A stretch of DNA of 63,987 nucleotides, filler included, from NCBI GenBank assembly GCA_964501035.1. It is 9 parts of 9 records of this genome, joined end to end, with 100 filler letters (N's around TTAATTAATTAA, not from the genome) between each part and the next. Parts side by side here need not be neighbours in the genome. Positions count along the whole stretch, not along the records: positions 49,082 to 55,465 come from CAZCRK010000073.1; positions 55,566 to 61,806 come from CAZCRK010000074.1; positions 61,907 to 63,987 come from CAZCRK010000136.1; 6 more parts are not named here. The stretch is one strand, 5' to 3'. Of this stretch, positions 53,130 through 62,052 are shown one piece after another. A program made the position numbers and the translations under genes. Under the pieces are notes generated by a model. That model made no database searches and had not been told where the DNA came from. It saw nothing but the letters and a program-made list of their open reading frames with translations. The number at the start of each line of letters is the position of its first letter. The stretch's first letter is position 1.

Positions 53130-54110
53130 CTAATATCTAAATAGAAGCGAAGCAGCAGATAATCCTGCACCAGTACCTATCATTAAAATTTTATCACCTC
53201 GTTTAAATGGTTGTTTTTGATATTGCATCGTAAGTGCCATTGGGAGTGATGCAGCCACACAATTACCTGTTTGTGCAACCACATTTACTACTTTACTCTC
53301 GTCAAAACCACCATGTTTTGCATACGCTCTTACTGCCATATTGGATGCCTGATGTGGAATCACCCAATCAATATCATCATGAGATAACTTGCATTTTTCT
53401 AACATTTCTTCAATCATGACAGATACTTTTTTTCGAGCCAATTTATATACTTGAGGTCCCTTCATCGTAAATAAGTTATCTTCTAATCTCATCTTGGGTT
53501 CATGAGGAGGTAAATTCGTGCCGCCACCCCGCAATTCAGTAAGATCTGCTCCACTTGGCCATGTGTTCATTTTCCAATACAATAATTTAGAATTATCAGA
53601 TTGAGCGGGTGCTTCCACAATAACCGATGCGGAACCATCCCCCAATAATGCTGATGATTCAGGTTCATTCAGGTTGCGACCACGTGTTCCTCTATCAGAT
53701 GATACAACGAGAATGCGTTTATACACCCCATTGTGAATAAAATTGGCTGCTGTTTGGAAAGCAACAAGAAATGACAAACATGTGGTGTGAACAGTAAAAG
53801 AGGGAATGCTTTCAAATCCCAATTGTTTTTGAATGAACACAGATGTATCAGGTATCGCTTGTTTTCCAACTCCAGACGCATTGATTACTAAATCAGGTGG
53901 ACTGCCCTTACCTATTGCATCTTTGGAAGAAATTGCACCCATTTCATCTACATCAATTGTAGAAATTCTTTTTTCAAGTACACCCGTTCTGGTATTTATC
54001 CAACGTTCGGTTTTACCAATTTGAGGAGCAAGCTCAGCAGAGGTCTCAATTTTGGGGGGTAAGTATAGTCCAAAACCCGTTATTTTGATATTAAGTGGAT
54101 TGGGTAACAT
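53130..54110 (-). CDS. 3-oxoacyl-ACP synthase III (FabH-like) family protein
   Basis: Cys-His-Asn triad: HTTCLSF, VIPHQAS, TGNCVAASLP; LLGDG; GTGAGLS. Confidence 0.9.
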   Translation of the reverse strand: MLPNPLNIKITGFGLYLPPKIETSAELAPQIGKTERWINTRTGVLEKRISTIDVDEMGAISSKDAIGKGSPPDLVINASGVGKQAIPDTSVFIQKQLGFESIPSFTVHTTCLSFLVAFQTAANFIHNGVYKRILVVSSDRGTRGRNLNEPESSALLGDGSASVIVEAPAQSDNSKLLYWKMNTWPSGADLTELRGGGTNLPPHEPKMRLEDNLFTMKGPQVYKLARKKVSVMIEEMLEKCKLSHDDIDWVIPHQASNMAVRAYAKHGGFDESKVVNVVAQTGNCVAASLPMALTMQYQKQPFKRGDKILMIGTGAGLSAASLLFRY

Positions 54111-55465
54111 CAGAAGAAATACCGTAACTCAAACCGAGTATGTGAAAAATCTTCCATTGGATTAAAGGGGTACTCATTACCTAGAGAATCATCACCACTT
54201 ATTTTGCTTATTGCACTAGAGAGTTTCAAATTTTCATGAATAGTATAAATAGATTCAATTTCAGAAAAGAAACCCGATGATGACGTTAAATCAATCAAAT
54301 TTTTCCAGATGACCTCCAATTCTTTACCACTCTCATCATAAAACAATTTTTTCACATTAAACATAAGTGCTCTATTGGTAAACATTGCAATAGGAGATCC
54401 GGTACCTGGTGTAAAATAATCTTTTGGGTCGATATCAATTATAAAATCTGAGGTAAATTGATTAAAATATTCACTACCTTTAACTGATTTAATTGAATTT
54501 ATAAAATATTGAACATTAAAGTCAAAGTCATACACTGAAAACTCAAGTTGGGCGATATGTTGCATATATTTTGCAACTGTATTTAATGGTAATTGTTCGT
54601 AAATAGACACTTCACATTCACTCTCACTTACCTCAACACATACTCCATCTACCCAACCACATTCATCTTGAAAATTACATGTAAATTCTGAAGCATAAAA
54701 ACTACAGGCATCATCAATTTCATTTGGACAAAGAGTCGCAGAATCATACTCAAAATTTCGTTCTTCTAAATCTGTATCTCTAGTAGAAAAGAGAGCATTT
54801 TCAAAACGAAATGTAACTTCATCTGTCATGACCATTCCACTAAATCCAATTATTTCTGTACTTCTAAAATCTAATACTGTATCACCTTGAAAATTGGTTT
54901 GGGTTTGGTCTGACCAAATATTGACCCCTTTTAAACTAAAGGTTCTATCATGAATATTCAAATATGAGAATGTGAAATCAGAGTTATCAAACGATTTTGA
55001 TAGATAACCTCCAAATTCAAATGGTTGTGTAACTGAGTTTATAATAGGATTTCTGGGCATACCTTCAATACCATCCATGATTGGAAATTCTGAATCATTT
55101 AAGGGTACTCTGTTTGAAATATGATTGGGTAGAATAACAGCTCCAAATTTCCAATCATCAAAATATAAATCAATCGAGGCAGACAATGACCCGATTTTAC
55201 GTTTTGCCCCGGTAGTAAACAGAAAATAATAGTCATAAGCATTTACATTATCTGTTGGATTATTGCCTGTTGCATCCCCCCAAGAATGGATTTGTTTACC
55301 TAATTTTATCTCTCCAAAATTTGTGAAAATATTTAGGTAATATTCCCTAAAATCCAAAGCACCCGTTGATTTAATTCCAAACAAACTATACGTATGAATA
55401 TTTTTATAATCCCTATTGTTTAGTTCAGATACATACGCATCATAAACTCCAGGTCTAAACTCAAA
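54110..55465 (-). CDS. Outer-membrane beta-barrel protein (DUF1302-like) with a Cys-rich insertion (5' partial)
   Basis: REYYL, LGKQIHSWG..NPTDNVN, C-terminal FELRYFF beta-signal. Confidence 0.7.
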   Translation of the reverse strand, partial: FEFRPGVYDAYVSELNNRDYKNIHTYSLFGIKSTGALDFREYYLNIFTNFGEIKLGKQIHSWGDATGNNPTDNVNAYDYYFLFTTGAKRKIGSLSASIDLYFDDWKFGAVILPNHISNRVPLNDSEFPIMDGIEGMPRNPIINSVTQPFEFGGYLSKSFDNSDFTFSYLNIHDRTFSLKGVNIWSDQTQTNFQGDTVLDFRSTEIIGFSGMVMTDEVTFRFENALFSTRDTDLEERNFEYDSATLCPNEIDDACSFYASEFTCNFQDECGWVDGVCVEVSESECEVSIYEQLPLNTVAKYMQHIAQLEFSVYDFDFNVQYFINSIKSVKGSEYFNQFTSDFIIDIDPKDYFTPGTGSPIAMFTNRALMFNVKKLFYDESGKELEVIWKNLIDLTSSSGFFSEIESIYTIHENLKLSSAISKISGDDSLGNEYPFNPMEDFSHTRFELRYFF

Positions 55466-55567
55466 NNNNNNNNNNNNNNNNNNNNNNNNNNNNNNNNNNN
55501 NNNNNNNNNTTAATTAATTAANNNNNNNNNNNNNNNNNNNNNNNNNNNNNNNNNNNNNNNNNNNNAT

Positions 55568-56584
55568 TTGGGATGTGAAAAACGAAATGCTCGAGATATT
55601 TATCAATGGTTAGGAAGAGCTTATATTGAATTAGGAAAGCAAGATAGCGCATCAATGGCATTCAAACAAGGACTAAAATATTTGCCTGATGATGATCAAT
55701 TATTGCAAGTCGCTGCTTGGAATGCAGGAAAAATGAATAATTTCGAAGAACAATTATTTTATCTGGATCGATTACTAAGTTTAGATGAATCAAATACAGA
55801 CGTATTAGAAGAATTATCTGATCTTTACAAAGATAATGAAATGTATGAAGAACAAATTAATGTGCTAAATATATGGTTAGGTATTGATTCTAGTAATAAA
55901 AAAGCCAATGCTGAGAAAAAAGCTGCATATAATGTTTTAGGTAAAGATGAAACTGATGTGGACAAAGAAAGGTGGGAAGCAGATCCATCCAATGTCCAAT
56001 ATGGTATTGATTATGCAAAGGGGTTAAAAGATGCCGGAAACGATGAAAAGGTGGTATCTGTCTGTAATGAATTATTAATGTATGAAAAATACAATGTTAA
56101 AGTACTTCGACTATTAGCAGATGCACATCTAAACTTGTATAATGAAGACGAAGCATTAAAGACGTTTGAAAATCTTTCTAAAGTTGATCCAACTGACCAC
56201 GCTGTTTGTATGGAAATTTCAGAAATTTATGCAAATAAAGAAGACTTTGCATCTGCCTTAGATTGGGCAGAAAAAGCTATTTCAACGAGCGGTGGAAAAG
56301 GTGAAACCTATTTTCAACGTGCTGAAGTATTTTTCTCAATTGCTGAAACGTGTAGCGGAGAAACACTTACATTTTGGGATAAAGTTGTATTCGAAATTTC
56401 TTGGCAGGATTATAATGAAGCAATAAACAAAGGGTATTATAGAGCAAAAACACGTAGAGATTTTCTTGCTGAAAATAATATTACAACTACTTCAGATTGG
56501 TTTATGAGACCAGATAACGAAAAAGAGGTATCCCCACAAGGTGATTGTTATTCCATTATTGACAGAAAAATAAAGAGAAAATAA
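55568..56584 (+). CDS. Tetratricopeptide repeat protein (5' partial)
   Basis: Repeated TPR helices such as WLGRAYIELGKQDSASMAFKQGLKYLP and LLADAHLNL..DEALKTFENLSKVDP. Confidence 0.85.
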   Translation: MGCEKRNARDIYQWLGRAYIELGKQDSASMAFKQGLKYLPDDDQLLQVAAWNAGKMNNFEEQLFYLDRLLSLDESNTDVLEELSDLYKDNEMYEEQINVLNIWLGIDSSNKKANAEKKAAYNVLGKDETDVDKERWEADPSNVQYGIDYAKGLKDAGNDEKVVSVCNELLMYEKYNVKVLRLLADAHLNLYNEDEALKTFENLSKVDPTDHAVCMEISEIYANKEDFASALDWAEKAISTSGGKGETYFQRAEVFFSIAETCSGETLTFWDKVVFEISWQDYNEAINKGYYRAKTRRDFLAENNITTTSDWFMRPDNEKEVSPQGDCYSIIDRKIKRK

Positions 56585-57018
56585 TGAAAATTGCGATAGG
56601 TTGTGACCATGCAGGATTTGATATCAAAGATGAAGTAATAGATTATCTTCAATCTCTCGGGCACACTGTAGAAAACTGTGGAACAAATTCATCTGAATCA
56701 GTTGATTATCCAGTATTTGGTCATGCTGTTGGTGATGCTGTAATTTCAGGTAAAGCAGATTTCGGAATTGTAATATGTGGTAGTGGTATAGGAATATCCA
56801 TTGCTGCAAACAAAATTGAAGGAATACGTGCTGCATTATGTACATCGGTTGAACATGCAAAAATGAGTCGCAAACATAATAATGCAAATGTGTTGGCGTT
56901 GGGATCGCGAATGACAAATCTATCTTTGATAAAAGAAATTATAACTGAATGGTTGTCATCTAACTTTGAGGGTGGCAGACATGAATTGAGAATAAATAAA
57001 TTAGAGAAACAAAAATGA
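56584..57018 (+). CDS. rpiB: Ribose-5-phosphate isomerase B
   Basis: [41 protein letters not shown]. Confidence 0.96.
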   Translation: MKIAIGCDHAGFDIKDEVIDYLQSLGHTVENCGTNSSESVDYPVFGHAVGDAVISGKADFGIVICGSGIGISIAANKIEGIRAALCTSVEHAKMSRKHNNANVLALGSRMTNLSLIKEIITEWLSSNFEGGRHELRINKLEKQK

Positions 57019-58307
57019 AAAATCTAATCCAATCTGATTCAGAAATTTATGAATCTATTCAAAGCGAATTAAATCGGCAACAAAATACGTTGGAGCTTAT
57101 TGCTTCAGAAAATTTTACTAGTCCAGCTGTTTTAGAAACGGTTGGTTCTGTTTTGACAAATAAGTATGCTGAAGGATACCCGGGCAAAAGATATTATGGT
57201 GGATGTGAAGAAGTAGATGTAGCGGAAAACATTGCTAGAGATAGAGCAAAAAAACTATTCAATGCAGAATATGCAAATGTGCAACCGCATTCTGGTTCAC
57301 AAGCTAACATGGGTGTATATTTAACATTCCTAAATGCTGGCGATACGGTTATGGGACTAGATTTATCACATGGTGGTCATTTGACACACGGGAGTCATGT
57401 GAATTTCTCTGGTGTATTGTACAATTTTGTATCGTATGGTGTTTCTAAAGACACAGGCAGAGTTGATTTTGAAAATGTAAGAAAGTTAGCCAATGAACAT
57501 AAACCCAAACTAATTGTTTGTGGTGGAAGTGCATACCCTCGTTTCATTGAATTTGCTCAATTTCGAGAAATTGCAGATGAAGTTGGTGCTTTTCTAATGG
57601 CTGATATTGCACATCCTTCGGGGTTAGTTGCATCAGGAATACACCCATCTCCATGGCCATATTGCCATGTTGCAACTACAACTACACATAAAACACTACG
57701 AGGTCCTCGGGGTGGTATGATTTTAGTAGGTAAAGATTTTGAAAATACATGGGGTAAAATTGCTCCAAAATCTGGCCGAGTAAAAATGGTATCAGAACTT
57801 ATTGATGGTGCAGTTATGCCTGGCATGCAAGGTGGACCACTCATGCATGTTATTGCAGGTAAGGCAGTTGCATTTGGTGAAGCTCTCACACCTGAGTTTA
57901 AATCCTATTGTGAAAGAGTTGTAAGAAATGCCTCTACTTTAGCAGATGAATTGTTGCGATATGGGTATGATTTAGTTTCTGGTGGAACCGATACGCATGT
58001 AGTTTTAATTGATATTACCAAATCTGGAGTATCGGGGAAAAAAGCAGAAGTAACTCTTGAAAAAGCGGGAATTACAACGAATAAAAATATGGTTCCATTT
58101 GATGAACGTAGTCCAATGGTTACGAGTGGAATTCGTGTTGGTACACCAGCTATGACTACTCGTGGTATGGGTGAGAATGAAATGAAAACAATCGCTCGTT
58201 TAATGGATTCTGTTATTAAAAATGTGAGTGATGAAATTGTAATTTCAAATGTACGTTCAGAAGTTTCAGATCTATGTGATTCATTTCCATTATATAAGGA
58301 TTTCTAA
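57015..58307 (+). CDS. glyA: Serine hydroxymethyltransferase
   Basis: [53 protein letters not shown]. Confidence 0.98.
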   Translation: MKNLIQSDSEIYESIQSELNRQQNTLELIASENFTSPAVLETVGSVLTNKYAEGYPGKRYYGGCEEVDVAENIARDRAKKLFNAEYANVQPHSGSQANMGVYLTFLNAGDTVMGLDLSHGGHLTHGSHVNFSGVLYNFVSYGVSKDTGRVDFENVRKLANEHKPKLIVCGGSAYPRFIEFAQFREIADEVGAFLMADIAHPSGLVASGIHPSPWPYCHVATTTTHKTLRGPRGGMILVGKDFENTWGKIAPKSGRVKMVSELIDGAVMPGMQGGPLMHVIAGKAVAFGEALTPEFKSYCERVVRNASTLADELLRYGYDLVSGGTDTHVVLIDITKSGVSGKKAEVTLEKAGITTNKNMVPFDERSPMVTSGIRVGTPAMTTRGMGENEMKTIARLMDSVIKNVSDEIVISNVRSEVSDLCDSFPLYKDF

Positions 58308-58756
58308 TGAAGTGTCCGAAGTGCAATAAAGAAGAATCTAAAGTTGTTGACTCTCGAAGTATTCAAAGTGGTGCTAGCATTCGACGCAGACGTGAATGTG
58401 AATCATGTGCCTATCGTTACACTACCTATGAATACATTCAAGAAAACCCTATAATGGTAATAAAGAAATCGGGTAACAGAGAAGAGTATGATCGTAAAAA
58501 GCTAGAAAGCAGTCTGCATATTGCGTGCAAAAAAAGACCAATCCCCGAAAATGATATTCAAACTTTGTTAAACCATTTTGAAGAAAAGATTAGTGATATA
58601 TCGAATGTTGAAATTTTATCGTCTAAAATTGGTGAAATGGTAATGGATGAATTACGAAAAATAGATAAAGTGGCATTTATACGTTTTGCATCTGTTTATA
58701 GAGAGTTTAAAGATATTGGTGAGTTTAAAGCTCAAATAGAAGACCTACAAGACTAG
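58307..58756 (+). CDS. nrdR: Transcriptional repressor NrdR
   Basis: MKCPKC..VVDSR..IRRRRECESC..RYTTYE, ATP cone, VAFIRFASVYREF. Confidence 0.96.
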   Translation: MKCPKCNKEESKVVDSRSIQSGASIRRRRECESCAYRYTTYEYIQENPIMVIKKSGNREEYDRKKLESSLHIACKKRPIPENDIQTLLNHFEEKISDISNVEILSSKIGEMVMDELRKIDKVAFIRFASVYREFKDIGEFKAQIEDLQD

Positions 58757-58798
58757 CTAATTATTCATTTTCAACAGTTTAACACTCAAAAACCTTAC

Positions 58799-58828
58799 TT
58801 GCAACTTTTTGCTTGAAAGTGCTATAAT
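58799..58828 (+). promoter_or_regulatory. Sigma70-type promoter for the mla operon
   Basis: TTGCAA-18 nt-TATAAT with extended -10 TG; the -10 ends 5 nt before the mlaE ATG. Confidence 0.6.
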
Positions 58829-58833
58829 CTATT

Positions 58834-59607
58834 ATGCTCCGAATACTTTTTTATCCATTTGGTAAGGTAATCGCATTTTTTGAGGGAGTTGGAAAATACC
58901 TTCACTTGATGTCCAAAATGTTTCGGTCATATCGGTCATGGAATCTTTATCTTGGATTTACAGTTGATCATATGATTTCAATTGGTGCACAATCTATCCC
59001 CATAGTAATACTCACAAGTGTTTTTTCTGGAATGGTTACATCCGTTCAAGCTGCTTACCAATTTGAATCTGGGTTTGTACCCAATTGGTTTGTTGGTAGT
59101 GTTGTTGGTGAATCTATTCTTTTAGAATTAGGACCTATGTTAACTGGACTAGTTATGACAGGGCGAGTTGGTGCAACTATCTCAGCTGAAATTGGAACTA
59201 TGAGAGTAACAGAACAAATTGATGCTTTAGAATCACTTTCATTTGACCCAGTTTCATTTCTCATTATGCCACGTATATTAGCTGCAACTATTATGTTTCC
59301 AGTTCTTGTGATTATTGCAGATATTTTTGGTATCACAGGTGGGTTAGTAGCTGCCATAAATTCTATGGATGTCAGTGTATTTGAATTTATGAAAGGATTG
59401 AAACATTGGTTTCGTCCGTGGGATGCTTGGTTTGGATTGATTAAAGGTGTCTTTTTTGGAATTGCAATAACTTCTATTGCTTGTTACCAAGGATTTTATA
59501 CAAAAGGTGGCGCACAAGGGGTGGGTAAATCAACGACAATGACAGTTGTTGCATCTTGCATTGCGATAGTATTTCTAGATTTTATTCTTGCTGCAATATT
59601 ATTATGA
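58834..59607 (+). CDS. mlaE: MlaE ABC permease
   Basis: ELGPMLTGLVMTGRVGATISAEIGTMRVTEQIDAL, GGAQGVGKSTT. Confidence 0.95.
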   Translation: MLRILFYPFGKVIAFFEGVGKYLHLMSKMFRSYRSWNLYLGFTVDHMISIGAQSIPIVILTSVFSGMVTSVQAAYQFESGFVPNWFVGSVVGESILLELGPMLTGLVMTGRVGATISAEIGTMRVTEQIDALESLSFDPVSFLIMPRILAATIMFPVLVIIADIFGITGGLVAAINSMDVSVFEFMKGLKHWFRPWDAWFGLIKGVFFGIAITSIACYQGFYTKGGAQGVGKSTTMTVVASCIAIVFLDFILAAILL

Positions 59608-60347
59608 TTTCCGTAAAAAATATCCATAAGTCATTTTCTGGGAAATTAGTTTTAAATGGAATAAGTATTGATATTAATGATGGTGAATCTGTTGCAATTA
59701 TTGGAAAAAGTGGAATTGGAAAATCTGTTTTGTTAAAACATTTTATTGGTTTGTTATCTCCTGATTCTGGTGAAGTATGGGTTGACGATAATATGATTGA
59801 TTCTTTGTCATTTAGAAAACTTCAAAAAGTTCGATCTCAAATGGGAATGGTTTTTCAATTTGGAGCACTATTTGACTCTATGTCTGTGGGTGAAAATATT
59901 AGTTTAGCCCTTCATAAATTAACAAAAATGAATGAAGATGAAATTACAGATAGAATTCATCAATCGTTAGCTGAAGTTGGGATGGAAAATTCAGAAAAAT
60001 TGATGCCATCTGAGCTATCTGGTGGAATGAAAAAACGGGTGGGGATTGCACGAGCAATTGCAATAAAACCAAAATACATGTTATATGATGAACCAACAAC
60101 TGGACTAGATCCAGTAATGACGGATAGCATAAATAGACTAATTACTAAATTTCAATCAGAGGAAAACATTACATCTATTATGGTTACCCATGAAATGCGT
60201 ACTGTTGAGAATGTTGCATCTCGTGTTATTATGCTTCACGATGGACAGGTGGTTTTTGATGGAATACCCGGAAAAATTAAAGAATCAGACATTCCTGTCG
60301 TACAACAGTTTATTACAGGTGATTCAACAATAGGAGGAGATAAATGA
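59604..60347 (+). CDS. mlaF: MlaF ABC ATPase
   Basis: GKSGIGKS, FQFGALFDSM, LSGGMKKRVGIARA, YDEPTTGLDP; start set at ATG 59604. Confidence 0.94.
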   Translation: MISVKNIHKSFSGKLVLNGISIDINDGESVAIIGKSGIGKSVLLKHFIGLLSPDSGEVWVDDNMIDSLSFRKLQKVRSQMGMVFQFGALFDSMSVGENISLALHKLTKMNEDEITDRIHQSLAEVGMENSEKLMPSELSGGMKKRVGIARAIAIKPKYMLYDEPTTGLDPVMTDSINRLITKFQSEENITSIMVTHEMRTVENVASRVIMLHDGQVVFDGIPGKIKESDIPVVQQFITGDSTIGGDK

Positions 60348-61327
60348 AAATTTCAAAATTGTTTTGGATAGGTTTGCTAACAACGGTATCAATTGTTTCC
60401 TTTGTTATAGGAATTTTATACCTCCAAGATATTACTTTTGATAAATCAAATTATTCGTTTACAATTATATTTGATAATGTACAGGGATTAAATGAAGGTG
60501 ATGATGTTAATATTTTAGGGAAACGAATTGGTAAAGTATCCAATATTAAAATTTTAGGCAAACAAGCTGCTGTTGAAGTGTCTATTGACAATTCATTTGC
60601 GTTAAGTATTCCAATTGATTCTAAACTAGAGGTTAAAAGTGAAGGATTGATGGGGTCTAAGTACATTGCAATTGTACCTGGATTAAATACGGATAAATCT
60701 ATTTTAGCTGGTGAAACAGTTGAAGGGAAGCGGGAGTATGATTTTTCTGAAATTACTCCAGGTATCATACCGCTTACACAAGATTTAGGTGCATTTGCTC
60801 GAAGATTAAAAGCCACATTGGGCGAAGAACAAAAAGATCAAATTAGAACATTAATAAAAAATTTAGAATCCATAACAACTAATTTGGAAAGTTTTTCTGA
60901 AAATCATAAAGAAATTATAACATCTGAAGATAAAGAAAATATCCATGTATTTTTACGAAACTTAACGTCAACATCTGAAGAATTACAAAGTGGAATTAAA
61001 ACGGATATTGAAAAACTAACCAAAATTTTAGATGACATCGAACATGTTTCACGAAAGTCTGGAGATTTATCTTCTACAATTGATAATTTTAAGAAAAGTA
61101 GCCAGTCACTTATGAAAACTACTGAATCACTGGGAACTTCTGCAGACAAGTTAAAAATAATTTTAGACAAAGCAGACATAGGTGATGGGACTCTTTCAAA
61201 GCTACTCAATGATGATTCTGCATACAATAATATGGATAGTCTGTTTATTGATATTCGCACAATTGTACAAGATTTTAAAGATAATCCTTCCAAGTATTTA
61301 AAAGCATACTTCAAGGCTAAAAAGTAA
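60344..61327 (+). CDS. mlaD: MlaD/MCE family protein
   Basis: N-terminal transmembrane helix, FDNVQGL..G..IGKV, GLMGSKYIAIVPG, helical tail with GTLSKLLND. Confidence 0.92.
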   Translation: MKISKLFWIGLLTTVSIVSFVIGILYLQDITFDKSNYSFTIIFDNVQGLNEGDDVNILGKRIGKVSNIKILGKQAAVEVSIDNSFALSIPIDSKLEVKSEGLMGSKYIAIVPGLNTDKSILAGETVEGKREYDFSEITPGIIPLTQDLGAFARRLKATLGEEQKDQIRTLIKNLESITTNLESFSENHKEIITSEDKENIHVFLRNLTSTSEELQSGIKTDIEKLTKILDDIEHVSRKSGDLSSTIDNFKKSSQSLMKTTESLGTSADKLKIILDKADIGDGTLSKLLNDDSAYNNMDSLFIDIRTIVQDFKDNPSKYLKAYFKAKK

Positions 61328-61497
61328 TGGACTCAATACGGTTTAAAGATATTGTCTGTTGCCCATCCTGTAAAGAAGACTTAAATATGGTTGAAGATAA
61401 AAGCAATTTTGAGTGTATGAATTGCAAAGTTAGTTATAAGATTATAGATAATATTCCGGTTTTGCTTGAAGAAAAAAGGGAACCTCATACAAATTAG
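61327..61497 (+). CDS. Trm112/YcaR-like small zinc-ribbon protein (56 aa)
   Basis: Manual translation MDSIRFKDIVCCPSCKEDL...FECMNCKVSYKIIDNIPVLL; start overlaps the mlaD stop. Below the ORF-track size cutoff. Confidence 0.85.
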   Translation: MDSIRFKDIVCCPSCKEDLNMVEDKSNFECMNCKVSYKIIDNIPVLLEEKREPHTN

Positions 61498-61680
61498 TAC
61501 ATTCATATAGAGCTATCAGTTGTATCTAAGGAACGACTGTTAGTAAATTTACGGGATAATTTTAGGAGAGTTTTTATAGACATTTGATAATAGGATTTGC
61601 TTTTGAGTTAACTCGGTGTTAACTCTAACATTGTGGTATATTTAATGATTTGCAATCCTATTGGAAAGTCTAAGTGTAGG

Positions 61681-61714
61681 CCGGACATTTTCAATGGATG
61701 TGTTCGGTTTTTTT
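61681..61714 (+). terminator. Rho-independent terminator-like hairpin
   Basis: CCGGACAT/GTGTTCGG stem followed by T7. Confidence 0.65.
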
Positions 61715-61732
61715 ATTAATTGAAAGGAAGAA

Positions 61733-61806
61733 ATGAATATTTTATTTAAGATTTGTTTAAGTTTGTTATTTTTCACTCAATCATTCGCTGTGGGTGAAGC
61801 AGGAGC
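61733..61806 (+). CDS. N-terminus of a secreted protein, PorV/PorQ-like (fragment)
   Basis: AAAGGA RBS; MNILFKICLSLLFFTQSFA-VGEAGA, which resembles the EAGA..FL.I start of mature PorV-family barrels. Confidence 0.45.
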
Positions 61807-62052
61807 NNNNNNNNNNNNNNNNNNNNNNNNNNNNNNNNNNNNNNNNNNNNTTAATTAATTAANNNNNNNNNNNNNNNNNNNNNNNNNNNNNNNNNNNNNN
61901 NNNNNNAAAACGATATTCATAATTTCTTCGTTTTAATTTGAAAGATCTTTTGATACTATTGTCTAGTAGTGAAATTCTAGAACCAATTATTGTTATTGTA
62001 ATGAAAAACTAGTCTTGTATCTATTTTTATTTTGGTGGAATAAATACCCAAC

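Noticed and set aside
1934..61314. Numerous antisense or alternate-frame ORFs (e.g. 1934-2509, 4733-5275, 19855-20238, 37475-37852, 60904-61314)
   Set aside because: They lie within well-supported genes, mostly on the opposite strand, and have no recognisable motifs; they are shadow ORFs.
9232..61862. Recurring TTAATTAATTAA motif flanked by Ns (8 copies) as a biological repeat or CRISPR
   Set aside because: It is always centred in an exact 100-nt N block and gives stops in all six frames, so it is an artificial contig linker.
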